This document shows positions 38,313 through 48,931 of a stretch of 64,000 nt of DNA, one piece after another. Numbering within the stretch: the stretch's first letter is position 1; every line of letters begins with the position of its first letter. This DNA is from Gonapodya sp. JEL0774. Lineage: Eukaryota. The stretch lies in assembly GCA_027604505.1 (NCBI GenBank), contig JADIIX010000060.1, positions 62,001 to 126,000 on the forward strand, given 5' to 3'. The position numbers and the translations under genes were made by a program. The notes under the pieces were generated by a model that worked only from the letters and a program-made list of their open reading frames with translations, searched no databases and was not told where the DNA came from.

Positions 38313-38984
38313 CGGTCTGGTTTGGTCTGGTGAGTTGTGATGACTGTGTGTCGGTGCTGCTTTTGATTTATGCACCCTGCGTGGATTCGCAAATCTCCCC
38401 CCAACCTCATATATCTGCATATCATCTTAATATGCTAATATGTCCGTATCCTGTGTCTTGACCATATCCGTCCGTCAAAGCAATCAGGTGTCGGTTTCCC
38501 TCCCCCCATCCCCCGTCCGAAGAGAGCAATATTGGTTTCAAGCTGTCTGTCTGCATCATCTCATTGTCAACAAAATGATACCTCACTGTCACTTGATCAC
38601 TTCAGTCCATCTAGATATTTGATTTGCCATGGGTGTAGCTTCTTATTTTGATTGCGTGTTGCCTTGCTTTGGCAAGCCCCGAGGTGAGTGAAGCGAGCGA
38701 GGGTGAAGCTGTCAGCCTGGACCACCACACGGAATGAAAGAGATGAGAATATACCGGGGACAAATTGGGTTCGTGATCTTTTCAAGATTTGACCTGGGGG
38801 AGGGAGGGGTAATGGCAAGCTGCAAGAGCAGGGATCAAGGATTAAGGGGGATGGCAGCAGATGTGACGGCTTGCCACAGGCATTACTAGCAGTGATATCC
38901 AGACTCTTGCAATAAACTTTCATTAGTCTTCCAGCTCCTGCCCTCGGTCCTCCTTTTGTGCTTTGATTTGTCTGAGTAGGTTGA

Positions 38985-39900
38985 TCCAACGTTGCATACC
39001 CCTGATCTGTGGCCTTGCTGTCCCACTTCACTGTCTCAATTTTGTCCTTTGCGATACCTTGCACATTGTTGTAACAACTACCAAAGCTGTTCTGCACCCA
39101 AGTATATCTCTGATCTGCAGCCATCCTGTACCACTTCACTGCCTCGACCTTGTCCTTCTCCACACCCTGCCCATTTATAGCAAATGTGCAAGCCAATATT
39201 GGTTGGTGCTACCAAAATGGGCATGGTGTGGAGAAGGACTTTTGTAGAGGCTGTGAAGTGGTACAGGAAGGACGTGTATGAGGGAGATGCTCCTGGGCAG
39301 ACTAACCTTGGTGTTTGTGTACCCCTGATCTGCAACCTTCCTGTACCACTTCACTACCTCAATTTAGTCCTTTGCCACACCTGGCTCATTGTTGTAACAA
39401 TAATGAGGAAAGTCCATAACTGATTGCTGGAGAACTTTTTTTGAGTCAAAATTTGCACACTCCAAAATCTCCCATAACTCCTGGGCCGTTGCCATCAACA
39501 AGAAGATTCTGGGGCTTGAGGTCAGCCATCGGCATGAACAATTCCCAGTTTGCAGGTACTTGATACCTCGAGCAAAAATCCAGAAGCTACGTGGGAGACT
39601 GAGAGCAAGTGTCAGTGGAGATAACGCAAAATCAGGCAGAAACTTACGAGCTTCACTGCCTTGTGGTCTCGAACTTGCGTGTTCAAAAAGCGTTCGTGTC
39701 GAAGATAGAGGTGAACGTCTCCATTCTCGAGGATGGGACACGCAAAGACCAGTGGATGAGCTGTTCTGGCAATGCGATGCAGATTGCGACGACGACAAAG
39801 AGATGCGTCGCGGTGTGGAAACCCTGGCCCAAATGTGTAAGTGAAACAGGGTACGAAGGAGACTCACCTCTCCATCATAGCCATGGACACATTTGGACGT
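38985..39900 (-). pseudogene. Degenerate protein kinase plus Sel1-like repeat gene
   Basis: Kinase remnants ARGIKYL, IVH(ADG, frameshift)DLKPQNLLVDGNGPGVMGDFGVCK and ACPILENG. These are followed by Sel1 repeats GVAKD*IEVVKWYRKVADQGY, GVEKDKVEAVKWYRMAADQ and GIAKDKIETVKW..ATDQGYA. Contains stops and frameshifts. Confidence 0.85.
39189..39320 (+). repeat. Single Sel1 repeat unit in inverted orientation inside the minus-strand Sel1 array
   Basis: The plus strand reads QANIGWCYQNGHGVEKD(frameshift)VEAVKWYRK...GDAPGQTNLGVC, between minus-strand Sel1 units. Confidence 0.85.
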
Positions 39901-41854
39901 TTTGACTGCTTCAGGTAAGTAGCCGAGCCAGAGTCACTTACAAACCGTCACGAATCCCGCTTCACCTAAGAGATTCGTCGGGTCCTTTGTGATGTCCTTC
40001 GCTTAAATCTCCCACAAAGGCAGAAGCTTAGCGACCCTCCATGGCTTGGAAGCGTTCCAATTCATCAAACTGCCCATTCTGCGCCTCGTTCTCTTGAGTA
40101 TTCCTTTGGACTTTCAGGAGTATATTCCCCGGATGAACAAGAGTTGTGAAGGAAGCAAGTTCCTGCGCGGGAGCATCACCGTTTGGTACGTGTTTGCCAG
40201 CGGATGCGAGAGTGGTGCCCCCATCGGTTGATGGTGATGCTGTCCCAAGGGAGTCTTGAGTTGGAGTGGTGTGAGGCAGACATCGGCCACAGATTTTTGA
40301 GGAGGAGGGCTGTGAGACCTGAAACAGGATGAGAAGCAGAGCATGGCTGGCTCCACAGAGCATCTCGTTGTGGGGTGGTTGTAATAAAATAAAGAGTGCA
40401 GGTTCTCGGGACACACGTCAAAAACTTTGTTTTTGCAAGCACGCCATCCTCGTCTAAAATGGAAGCAATTATTAGGATTCGAGAGCTGCATAACATCAAG
40501 AAAGATGAAAGGAATGGTCCAATCGGCCACATGAGTGCCTTTTGGTCCTCCGTGTTCGTTGGTGACCCTAAGCGAACAAGACGCCAACACTGCAACACTG
40601 CTACACGGCAGACATTCAGTTGTATAGCTTAAGTGTGGGTAATGTCGCAGTGTTGCACTGTCGAGAACGGAGAAGGAACATAAGGATGAAGGCAAGGATG
40701 TGCACACTACACCAACTCGAAGCGGCATTCCCGCCTCACACACGATTCGAGATCTCCGAGCATGCCAGCAAAAACTCTTCAAGCCAGTTCACGATGTTTT
40801 TGGACGCGCTTGCCATTTCGATCACCACGCTGTTCGAAAATAAAGACATCCTCGCTTTTTGACGCGGACGGCGTCCACGTGATTTTCGTTTGTTTGCATA
40901 CTCGACATCTGCCTCGTGGATTGCTTGTTTAGCTACTGCGTCATGATCGCTTTAGACGAACAACGGGCTGTACCTGACGAATGTATTCTTAAATCATACA
41001 AATGACAGCCGAGACAGAGCCCGACACATAAAGATACACCTATGGGATTGGTCACTGATGCTCCCTAGCAGTTCCGAACAAACAAATGCCCGCTCTCAAA
41101 TAAAGATCATCGATAGACTTGTGATAGATGCTTCGAGGTCCTTGATCCTCGCGTTGACTAGGGTCGGAGATCATTTGAGGTGAAAGGGAAAGCTGTTGTG
41201 CTATTGTCAATGTTGCCGACATGGTTGAGCTGACCCTCTATGATGGTGAGGCGAGTGCATAAGTCAGTAAGCACAGTGACAACTGGATGCACAGACCCGA
41301 AAGTTGTCTCAGTGGCTGGGAGAGACGGGTCCGACTGCAGAATGTTACTGAAATCAAGGTCCATTGCCAAAGATGGGTCGTAGTGGGTGAGACGGGTTTT
41401 CGTTGTATCCTCCGTTCCCCGTAACCGACCCCCTCCCACCCAGCGCCCCCTGGAAGAGTTTCTCCGTATCCTCCGTTCCCCCCGTAACCATTCCCCCCCA
41501 CCCCACCCTCCTGTACTGCACGTCACGTCACTAGTCCCCAGTCCCCCAGTGTCCCAGTGTCCCAGTGCGCCAGTCCACCAGTCCACCACTCGGCCAGTCC
41601 ACCATTCGACGTGTCCCGCACGACAAGCGCCACGGCCCAAAGTCCGATACATGAGGACACGACACGTAAGCGACTCGAGGTGTGCCACTGTCGCACATGC
41701 CCCACTCAACGTGTCCACAGTGCACGAGTGCACGACACGACACGAATGGTGCTCCCACCACACGCCCCGTCATCCCCCTTCCCGCCCACCCACCCCCACC
41801 ACCCGCCCAAGCCTCGCCAACTGTCACTCGACACTACGAGGGTTCGGCGTCTAC

Positions 41855-42595
41855 GTACCATAATCAGGCCCGTTATGCCCGTGAAGAAGGGTGCGTCGGT
41901 GTAACTGTGGTGGGTGGGACCCATGGGGTTCATGATTTGTGTGAGGAAGAGTCTTGACGGGGAACGCGTCTGCCGTCATCGCGCCCCCGGTCCCCCTCTC
42001 CCCCATCCCTTCCCCCACCGGCCCATCTCCCCTCAACACCCCATCCCCACGGCCAACGCACTCTTCACTGCCGCCGACGATGCCGATCCGGCATATTACA
42101 TTTCCACATATTTCAAGTCGGATTCCGATGATCAAGTGCGGATTCTGTTTTTTATTCGAAATTGCGAGGGGGATGAAAGAGTATGAGGGGAGTGAGAAAC
42201 AGGGGCATTTCGGGAGAGAGGGGAGTGGGGCTGGTTGGACGGACCGGACTCTCCCTTGTGTAGGGAATGTGAGTTGAGCGGGGGAATAGATTTGCCGATG
42301 GATGCGAGCAGTTGTGCCGGTGTCCGTGAAAGAGGGGAAGAAGCCATATGCGGTTTGGGCTGACGGTCCCTGTGTCGCTGAGACACGTTGGACTGTGCGT
42401 GTATTCGCAAAACTCACATCAATCTGTGAAGACCGTTTCTGTCGTTACTATGTCTCCGATCAATCTTCCGATTCCCCATCCGAACGAGCAACTGTGCTTT
42501 CAACCGTTCCACATCTCCCTCTCGTCAACCACATATTACATAGATACCTCGGTGTAAACATGTCAGGCCATGGAGATATTTGATTTGTCGTGGGA
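41855..42595 (-). pseudogene. Partial duplicate of the NAXD 5' region (upstream sequence plus exons 1-3)
   Basis: Paralogous to about 37855-38632: MASSPLSRTPAQLLASIGKSIPPLNSHSLHKGESG|RIGIVGGSEE|YTDAPFFTGITGLIM. The exon-2 acceptor TAG is changed to TAT and YTGAP to YTDAP. No downstream NAXD exons follow. Confidence 0.85.
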
Positions 42596-42765
42596 GCATC
42601 TCCTTCTTTTGAATGGTTTATTGCCTTTATTTCGCGGGGCATGCAGATCTCGTGAAAGTGGCGTGGCGTCGAAGAGTCTATTGAGGGCTCGTCTCCTCAT
42701 CATATGTCAACCTCGAGTCACTGTTGAGCTCGTAATAAATCTTCTAGCTTCTTCACAAGCTACCT

Positions 42766-43959
42766 CTAGGATTTGATACGATATCCAGCAATAAAGACGA
42801 TCAGTCCTTTGAACGATGTTCGTCGCATGTAAACAAACGTGTACACCAGGGCCGTGGCAACAATAATCGACACGAAAACCCAGTTGTAGATTTTGGTAAC
42901 GATGAGGAGCTACGTACAACGGCAACGTGGAGTTCAACTCAAGAGACCCCAAGAGTATCCAGAATTTCAAATGTCCAGAAACAACTCACCGTGTCAATGT
43001 CCAGTGATGTTGCAAGGATGATAATGATGAGACCTATGCATTGTACGAGCAAAGATACACCGACGAATACCGTCTGGCCAAGCAGAAAAAAAGATTGGAT
43101 TATCAGCAAAAGTAATTTCCCCCCATAACCCATTGGGCTCTTCCCCCTTCAGTGACTCACCAGAAGTTTACAATCACGCCGCAGCGCAGCGCTCTCTCTG
43201 TAAAAGAGAGCAAAATAGTCCGGATCCGGGCTGGGAAAGTGGTATTCAACAGCGGGAAGATTCGGATCCGACGACGTCGCAAGTGTTTCGGTGGATTCGT
43301 GGTCCGGGCTCCTCAGCAGCGCCGAGGCAGGAAGGGTCGCAGCGACTGTCTTGAGTCGGTCGACTGGTATTTCTCCGCGAAACAAGGTGTAAGCCAGAGG
43401 GTCCATCCACGGCCCGAGGGTGAATAGAAAGAGGGCGGCGATGCATCCGGTGGTCACGCCGTTGTCGAGAAGGACGAGCCGAGGGTTGTCGGTAACGAGA
43501 CCGATGATGGCAGAAGCGACAAACGATATGAACAGCTGGATTGAGTTGAGGTGAAGGATGGTGACGGGTCAAGGAAAGAGCGAATGTTCGTTGTGTTTGC
43601 ATCACTCACGATGATCAGAATGTAGTCTGTTTTGCGATACCAGACCTGCTTGAATATAGAGCGAAGGAGCGGAGGAACACCCGAGATGATGAGGGCAACC
43701 GAATTGCTGACATAGCTCTAAATGGCACCATTATTGAAAGATTGAACGAAGAACGGTGAATTTCACTCGACACTGCCACCGATCATCATCAACGGTATAT
43801 GTAATAGCCACGGCGACCGATTCGCACCCTCAGGATATAATAAAGAGCGAGCGGAACTGCGACGTCGAAGGCAATCTCCAGGAGCTTGAAGTACAGCGAG
43901 TTGGTTCGCTTGTACCATGGGACGGTGGGGGTGGGGGTGTGAGAGGCGTTCCCTGGCAT
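42766..43959 (-). CDS. Multi-pass membrane protein resembling the bacterial VC0807 family (IspA/YciB-like)
   Basis: Five exons with GT-AG introns: MPGNAS..LLEIAFDVAVPLALYYILR|SYVSNSVALIISGVPPLLRS..|LFISFVASAIIGLVTDNPRLVLLDNGVTTG..LRRDCKLL|TVFVGVSLLVQ..LDIDT|LLIVTKIY..YRIKS*. Confidence 0.7.
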
Positions 43960-44476
43960 AATCGTTGATGCACCCTGGATTATATGAATCAGTATGGTAC
44001 AACCAGCGTTGGTTCGCGAGATGGCTTTATATAGGGTTCACTTGAGATCGTATAAAGTTAGTTGAGGAGTCCAAGGGAGGCTTGTGTTTGCGGGACCTCC
44101 CTTACCCTCCTGAAGTTTGCTTGCGAGCGGAGGGCCCCAGCCGGAAGAATACTGTTTCTTCCGACCCACCACGAAAATGCATCCATACATATCTTGTCAC
44201 AGAGCTGGGTGTAATCCAAATGTAAATGTCAATCCTTTGTGCGAGATTCCCACACGAGAGCTCTTAGTTATTTTTGATTTTTGCGCATATGTCCGCACCA
44301 CTCTGAGGCAGTGATTTGCATAATGATTGATGAAACTACAAAAAGGAAAATAATGTGCATCGTGCATTACAAAACATTGGCAAGGTATTGCATCATCGTG
44401 GCTCCCTCGTTCTCGCACTTCACATCATGCAGTCAGTGAACAGCTCCCGTGTTCGCTTTTCATCTCCTTCCAGCAT

Positions 44477-46012
44477 CTACTGCTGCAGGCTCGCACGGTT
44501 GTCACAAAGAATACGGTACGCAGTGTTGACTGTCGATTCCGCACAGCCGCACAGCTGAGAGGTCGGGATGACGAATAAACAAAATTCGAATAACCCAATG
44601 GTGAGCAATCAGTTGTGCACGCATGACGTGCTTGCCACTTCCCCCGATGTGGCAAAAAGGTGCTGCTGTGGCAGCCCTGGGCTCGATACCCAAAAAGAAG
44701 AGTTCAAATTTGTTCACCTACTTTTGCAATATGATGGGCGGATCTCCTCTCCGAAGAGCTCGACGACCAAGAGCACGCGGCGTAGACACAAGCAGCGACG
44801 ATTGTCTTGAGATGCCTTCCGGTGAGAAGTTCCTGGCGTTTCACTTGCACCGCGAGATCGGACGCAATTTTGGCGATTCGGAACTTGAGGCCGAGCTGGT
44901 TGACAATCGATCCGATGTGGTTGCTCAGTTCAGAACCCGTGTCCACACTGGTGTATGCGCTTTTTTCGTGGTCTGGTTTGCTGGTGGTGCGGATGGCACG
45001 GACAGTCTGTGATTGAAAAGGCAACGTAACCGAGACCGCCACCGATAAGCCAGATATGAGCAAAGATCACAGTAAATTTGAGGGAAATTCAACTCACCCT
45101 CGCAATCGATTTGGTGTCTTCGCGAACCAAGGGCGCAACCGCTTCGAGAGGTCTCTTCATGTGATGCATCGAACACGCCATAAAGATGCAAGCTCCGATT
45201 TTAGAAGCCATATTCTGTGCATCACCAATCAAGGCAGTGCCTCAAACCTCTGTGCTTGCTGGCACAAAGACAGCGCAAACACCCCACCTTCCCCTTAATA
45301 CCCTTGAGCGTGGCGCCTTCGTACAAGACCTTTGCACTGTCGGCTACAGCCTGCGGCATGAACATCCTCCCGATAATGGTATCGATGTCCCTGAACGCTT
45401 GGGCATTGCTCCCTTTCATGGTGCCTTGCAGAGTGGTCTGCGCCTTGACGAGCTGCTGCTCGGCGCCTCTCGCAACTGACGAGCTTGCAATGCTCGTGGC
45501 GTCCATGTGATTTGGTCCTTTCATAGGGTTGCTCGGAGCGCCTTGAAAGGACTCGCTCGAGAATGACCAAGAAAGGGCACATGGTCGCCACACTTACCGA
45601 CCCGGGAACGGTCATTACCAGGCTCTTCGGCAAAGTTGCGCCACTCTCCACCACAGTCGAGTAGTCTGTTCACAAGGATTAAGCCTGAGAGGCACATAAC
45701 CGGCCCAGGACGGGTCGCTCCAAGGTCGACTGGAGGCATGAAACGTTAACTTCAGCATTGAGGGCACCTACCACACTCGCATCTGATGTGACCCTCCTTC
45801 CAATCCTCAATGAGCTTTGGCACTTCGTCCATGCAGTACTTGCACTGGAGGCGAACCTGAAGCACCTCTTCTCTCCACGGACGGTTGACCTTGTCTTGGA
45901 GCTGTTCAGCTGCGGCAACCTGCTGGCGGGCCTCATGAAAGGCTTCCCACTGCTGCTGAAGGAAGCTGTCTGACGCCGAGAGAGCGGGGACGGCAGTCAC
46001 TGGAACGGGCAT
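44477..46012 (-). CDS. Divergent transcription factor IIB (Sua7-like) paralog
   Basis: Zn ribbon CKYC..EGHIRCEC|GLIL, B-reader GEWRNFAEEPGNDRSRVG, cyclin-fold repeats (AFRDIDTII..VADSAKVLY; GACIFMAC; LLTGRHLKTIVAACVYAA) and a final exon LCGCAESTVNTAYRIL. The reading frame stays open after splicing. Confidence 0.85.
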
Positions 46013-46377
46013 GATTTCGTAAAGTTGGTTGGTATGAAAAGTTTGATAGAGTATGGAGAAGTGGAGAAGAAATGCTTTGGTTGTGTTGCCCGTGCACTCA
46101 ATTCAATGTGACACACACAACATAAAATGATTCGATTGAGTCAGACAAACGACCAAAACTAGAAGTTCTGAACTAGACGTGCGCAGAAAAGACTGACTGA
46201 AGGCAAAATCTAAGCAAGCAGCGTTCTGTTCCGTGGCTCGCTTCTCGAAAACGCTGTGGTTGGCACAAGCTCCTTGACTTATTGTCTTGAATGCAGCATC
46301 AATACTTTTCAATTAAGTTGATACAATGACAAGCTCTTGAGTTGATTTCGTTGTGAAGCGTACATATATTCCGTGCG

Positions 46378-46658
46378 GGTAAAAGAATACGCAAAACTCG
46401 CTAAATGGCGTTACTATGGAGGTCGACAACATCGTTTTAAAAAGTGCGGATAACATGGCGTCCCGTTCTCTCTCCCCCCTTTTTGTAGCGTCGGATTGCT
46501 GGTTGCCGACTCAAGAAGCACCGGACTTCTCTACCGGGCCTGTCGGCTAGGTTGCCTTAGATCCTGTACCGGACTCGCACACACACAAGGTAAAAGAATA
46601 AGCAAAACTCGCTATGGCGGTACTATGGAGGTCATCAACGTCGTTCTAGAAAAGTGCG
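46378..46658. repeat. Imperfect direct repeat of about 70 bp (46378-46448 and 46589-46658)
   Basis: ggtaaaagaata(c/a)gcaaaactcgcta..tggcg(t/g)tactatggaggtc..caac(a/g)tcgtt..aaaagtgcg occurs twice, about 210 bp apart. Confidence 0.85.
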
Positions 46659-47230
46659 TGTAAAACTATGATACATTTGTTCCGTGAACATCGCTCATGA
46701 GCGTCGTTGTGGGTCTTTGCGATGTACCACACAGATCCTGTAATCTCTTGACATTGCTCGGCGTTTAGAAATGTAAATATCTCATGAAATCTGGATGGAA
46801 CCAGCATTCTCTTCTCTCTTGAGATCTCGTGCGTAAAGTAAGGACTTGGGAAGCCAAATAATGAATTGTTCCAGCTCATGATGATGAGATAGATCGGCGC
46901 AATTGCCGTTGGAAAACATGAGCCATTTCTGGTGATCGGCTTTGGGCTGTCAATTATTCTGCGGCCTGCATCTCACCAAAACAAACGCGGGCTTGGAATC
47001 TCACTCCGTCAAACGTTGAATTCCTCGCACTATTAGATTAGTATGTTACTACCAAACACTCTGATATGAAGTCTCATTTTCGCGTTTTTAAATTGATCAC
47101 CAAACCCATGGTGTTCCACTTCAACCGTCGCCAGGACACTTGAACGCCCTGACACCGACCTCTGCAATACCCACTGAACTGTTAAAACTACTGATCTCGC
47201 CCCACGTTGCATCTGTCACCTCCTCTCCCA

Positions 47231-48931
47231 CTACACAACGTTTCCTTTGACTTGCTTAACCTCAGAAACGTCGATGTCCCGGAAAAGAAGGACAGCAGCA
47301 ACGCCAAACAGCCACGCCACAGTTGCCACTATCAAAATTGCCGTCTGCGCGTCCCCGTACGCGTGTTGAATCGCCGTTCGTGCGTCGGATCCAACAGGGT
47401 ACGAAAGCTGAACGGTGATGTCCGAGTAGATCGCCACGAGGTTTGGAAGCTCTTCCGCGGGAAGGTACAGGGCAAGCTTGGCAGGAAGGACGTTTTGCCA
47501 TATCGCCGAACTGACTGTCAAGGCGATGGCGCTACCCACGTTACCGAAAAATGAAACGATCGCGAACGCAACTGCAACCTGCTGGTGGGCGACAGCTGCC
47601 AGAATTGCGATTTCGTCAGCGATCATGACGATGCCGGAGGCGATGGTTATGAGTATCTGGCACATGATGATGTACCCGATGTGGGAGTTGGGGGTGCGGA
47701 AGTAGATCAACAGGCCCGTGCCGAGAATGTTCAACGGAATGCCGCCGTAGAGACAGAAGTACTTGAAGCGCCCCGTGCGTCGAATGACGTAGCCGGCAGC
47801 AAGGGCGAAGAGTCCAAAGCCCGCCGTGTACACCTGAACGACATAGTTGGCGTCAGTAACGGAGAGGTTGTTGACCACTTGGAGGAACGAGCTGAAGTAG
47901 CTGGACCAGCAAAAGTACGTGAAAAAGAGCGTGGCGGAGAGCAAGCAAGCCCCCAATACTGTCCGTTCTGTGATCATCGAGTACGGAATAAATGTGACGG
48001 GAGCAAAGGACCGCTCCCAAATGACAAAGATACCGCAGAGAAGGCATCCGAACACCAACAGGCAAATGACGAGTGGCGATGCCCAGCCGGATGGTTGCAT
48101 GGTATAAAGGTTGAACGGGAGAAGAATGAGTGCAACGCCCGCCGAAAGGAGGATGACGCCGATAATGTCGAATTCACGACAGTAGTGGACAATAGATTCT
48201 GCCCATGAAGATTGCTCGATTGGTGATGCAGGAATAATGTTGAGCTTCTTCGCCTTCGCCATGTTGTACTGAAGCAGTGTGTACAGTGGGAGAGCGACTG
48301 CGGGGACGAGAATTGCAAACGTTCCAAATGCCCACGGCCAGCCTGATCCGTCGAGAAAGCTTGTCGAAATCGGCCCGCCAAGCCAGCAGGTTATGATATA
48401 GGGCGACGTTGAAAAGGCCACCATCAACCCTCTGTTCCGAAGGGAGGACGTGTCGGCCACGAACACGTTCAAGGTGTACTGAAGGCCCGTGTTGCCGACC
48501 GTGTAGAAGATCTGTGCTGCTGCGTACACCTCAACGGTTTGACAAGCGGCCATCATCACAAGACCCGAAGTGGCGATGAGGACGCAGAGGAGGTATCCCT
48601 GGGGTCTGCCAAACACGTCGAGAATCTTGGCAATAGCGAAGCTGGTGCATCCCCCGATGATACTGCTGAGGACGCTGATCGTCGGGATGAGCGAGTGTTG
48701 GGAGAATGACGATGTGACGTAGGGAATCAGGGACGCTTGCACACCGGAGAGCAGTCCTTCGACGAGGAAGGTGAGCCATATGAGTACGTAGGCAAGAACC
48801 AGGGCGTTGCGAGACCACACCGTGGTGAGGGCCTCGATGTTTTGGATTCCAGCCTGCACGGGACTCGTCTCGGATGCGTGTGGGGATTCGCCGTCCACGT
48901 TTTCAGTAAGCACGGGTTTCAGGTCGTCCAT
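47231..48931 (-). CDS. mirB: MFS siderophore-iron transporter (SIT/ARN family, MirB-like), intronless
   Basis: A single ORF of 566 aa from MDDLKP with many hydrophobic segments (about 14 expected for this family). Motifs QAGIQNIEA..W, PYVTSSFSQHSL, AKILDVFGR, VFVADTSSLRNRG, SAIWQNVLP, IQHAYGDAQ and C-terminal KQVKGNVV. Confidence 0.93.
   Translation of the reverse strand: MDDLKPVLTENVDGESPHASETSPVQAGIQNIEALTTVWSRNALVLAYVLIWLTFLVEGLLSGVQASLIPYVTSSFSQHSLIPTISVLSSIIGGCTSFAIAKILDVFGRPQGYLLCVLIATSGLVMMAACQTVEVYAAAQIFYTVGNTGLQYTLNVFVADTSSLRNRGLMVAFSTSPYIITCWLGGPISTSFLDGSGWPWAFGTFAILVPAVALPLYTLLQYNMAKAKKLNIIPASPIEQSSWAESIVHYCREFDIIGVILLSAGVALILLPFNLYTMQPSGWASPLVICLLVFGCLLCGIFVIWERSFAPVTFIPYSMITERTVLGACLLSATLFFTYFCWSSYFSSFLQVVNNLSVTDANYVVQVYTAGFGLFALAAGYVIRRTGRFKYFCLYGGIPLNILGTGLLIYFRTPNSHIGYIIMCQILITIASGIVMIADEIAILAAVAHQQVAVAFAIVSFFGNVGSAIALTVSSAIWQNVLPAKLALYLPAEELPNLVAIYSDITVQLSYPVGSDARTAIQHAYGDAQTAILIVATVAWLFGVAAVLLFRDIDVSEVKQVKGNVV

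Noticed and set aside
40028..41400. Possible transposase or further coding remnants
   Set aside because: No DDE, RT or integrase motifs recognised. It may be the decayed N-terminus of the kinase-Sel1 gene, but this is unsupported.
41855..42350. NAXD duplicate as functional alternative first exons
   Set aside because: The exon-2 acceptor AG is lost and the conserved YTGAP glycine is mutated; a pseudogene fragment is more parsimonious.
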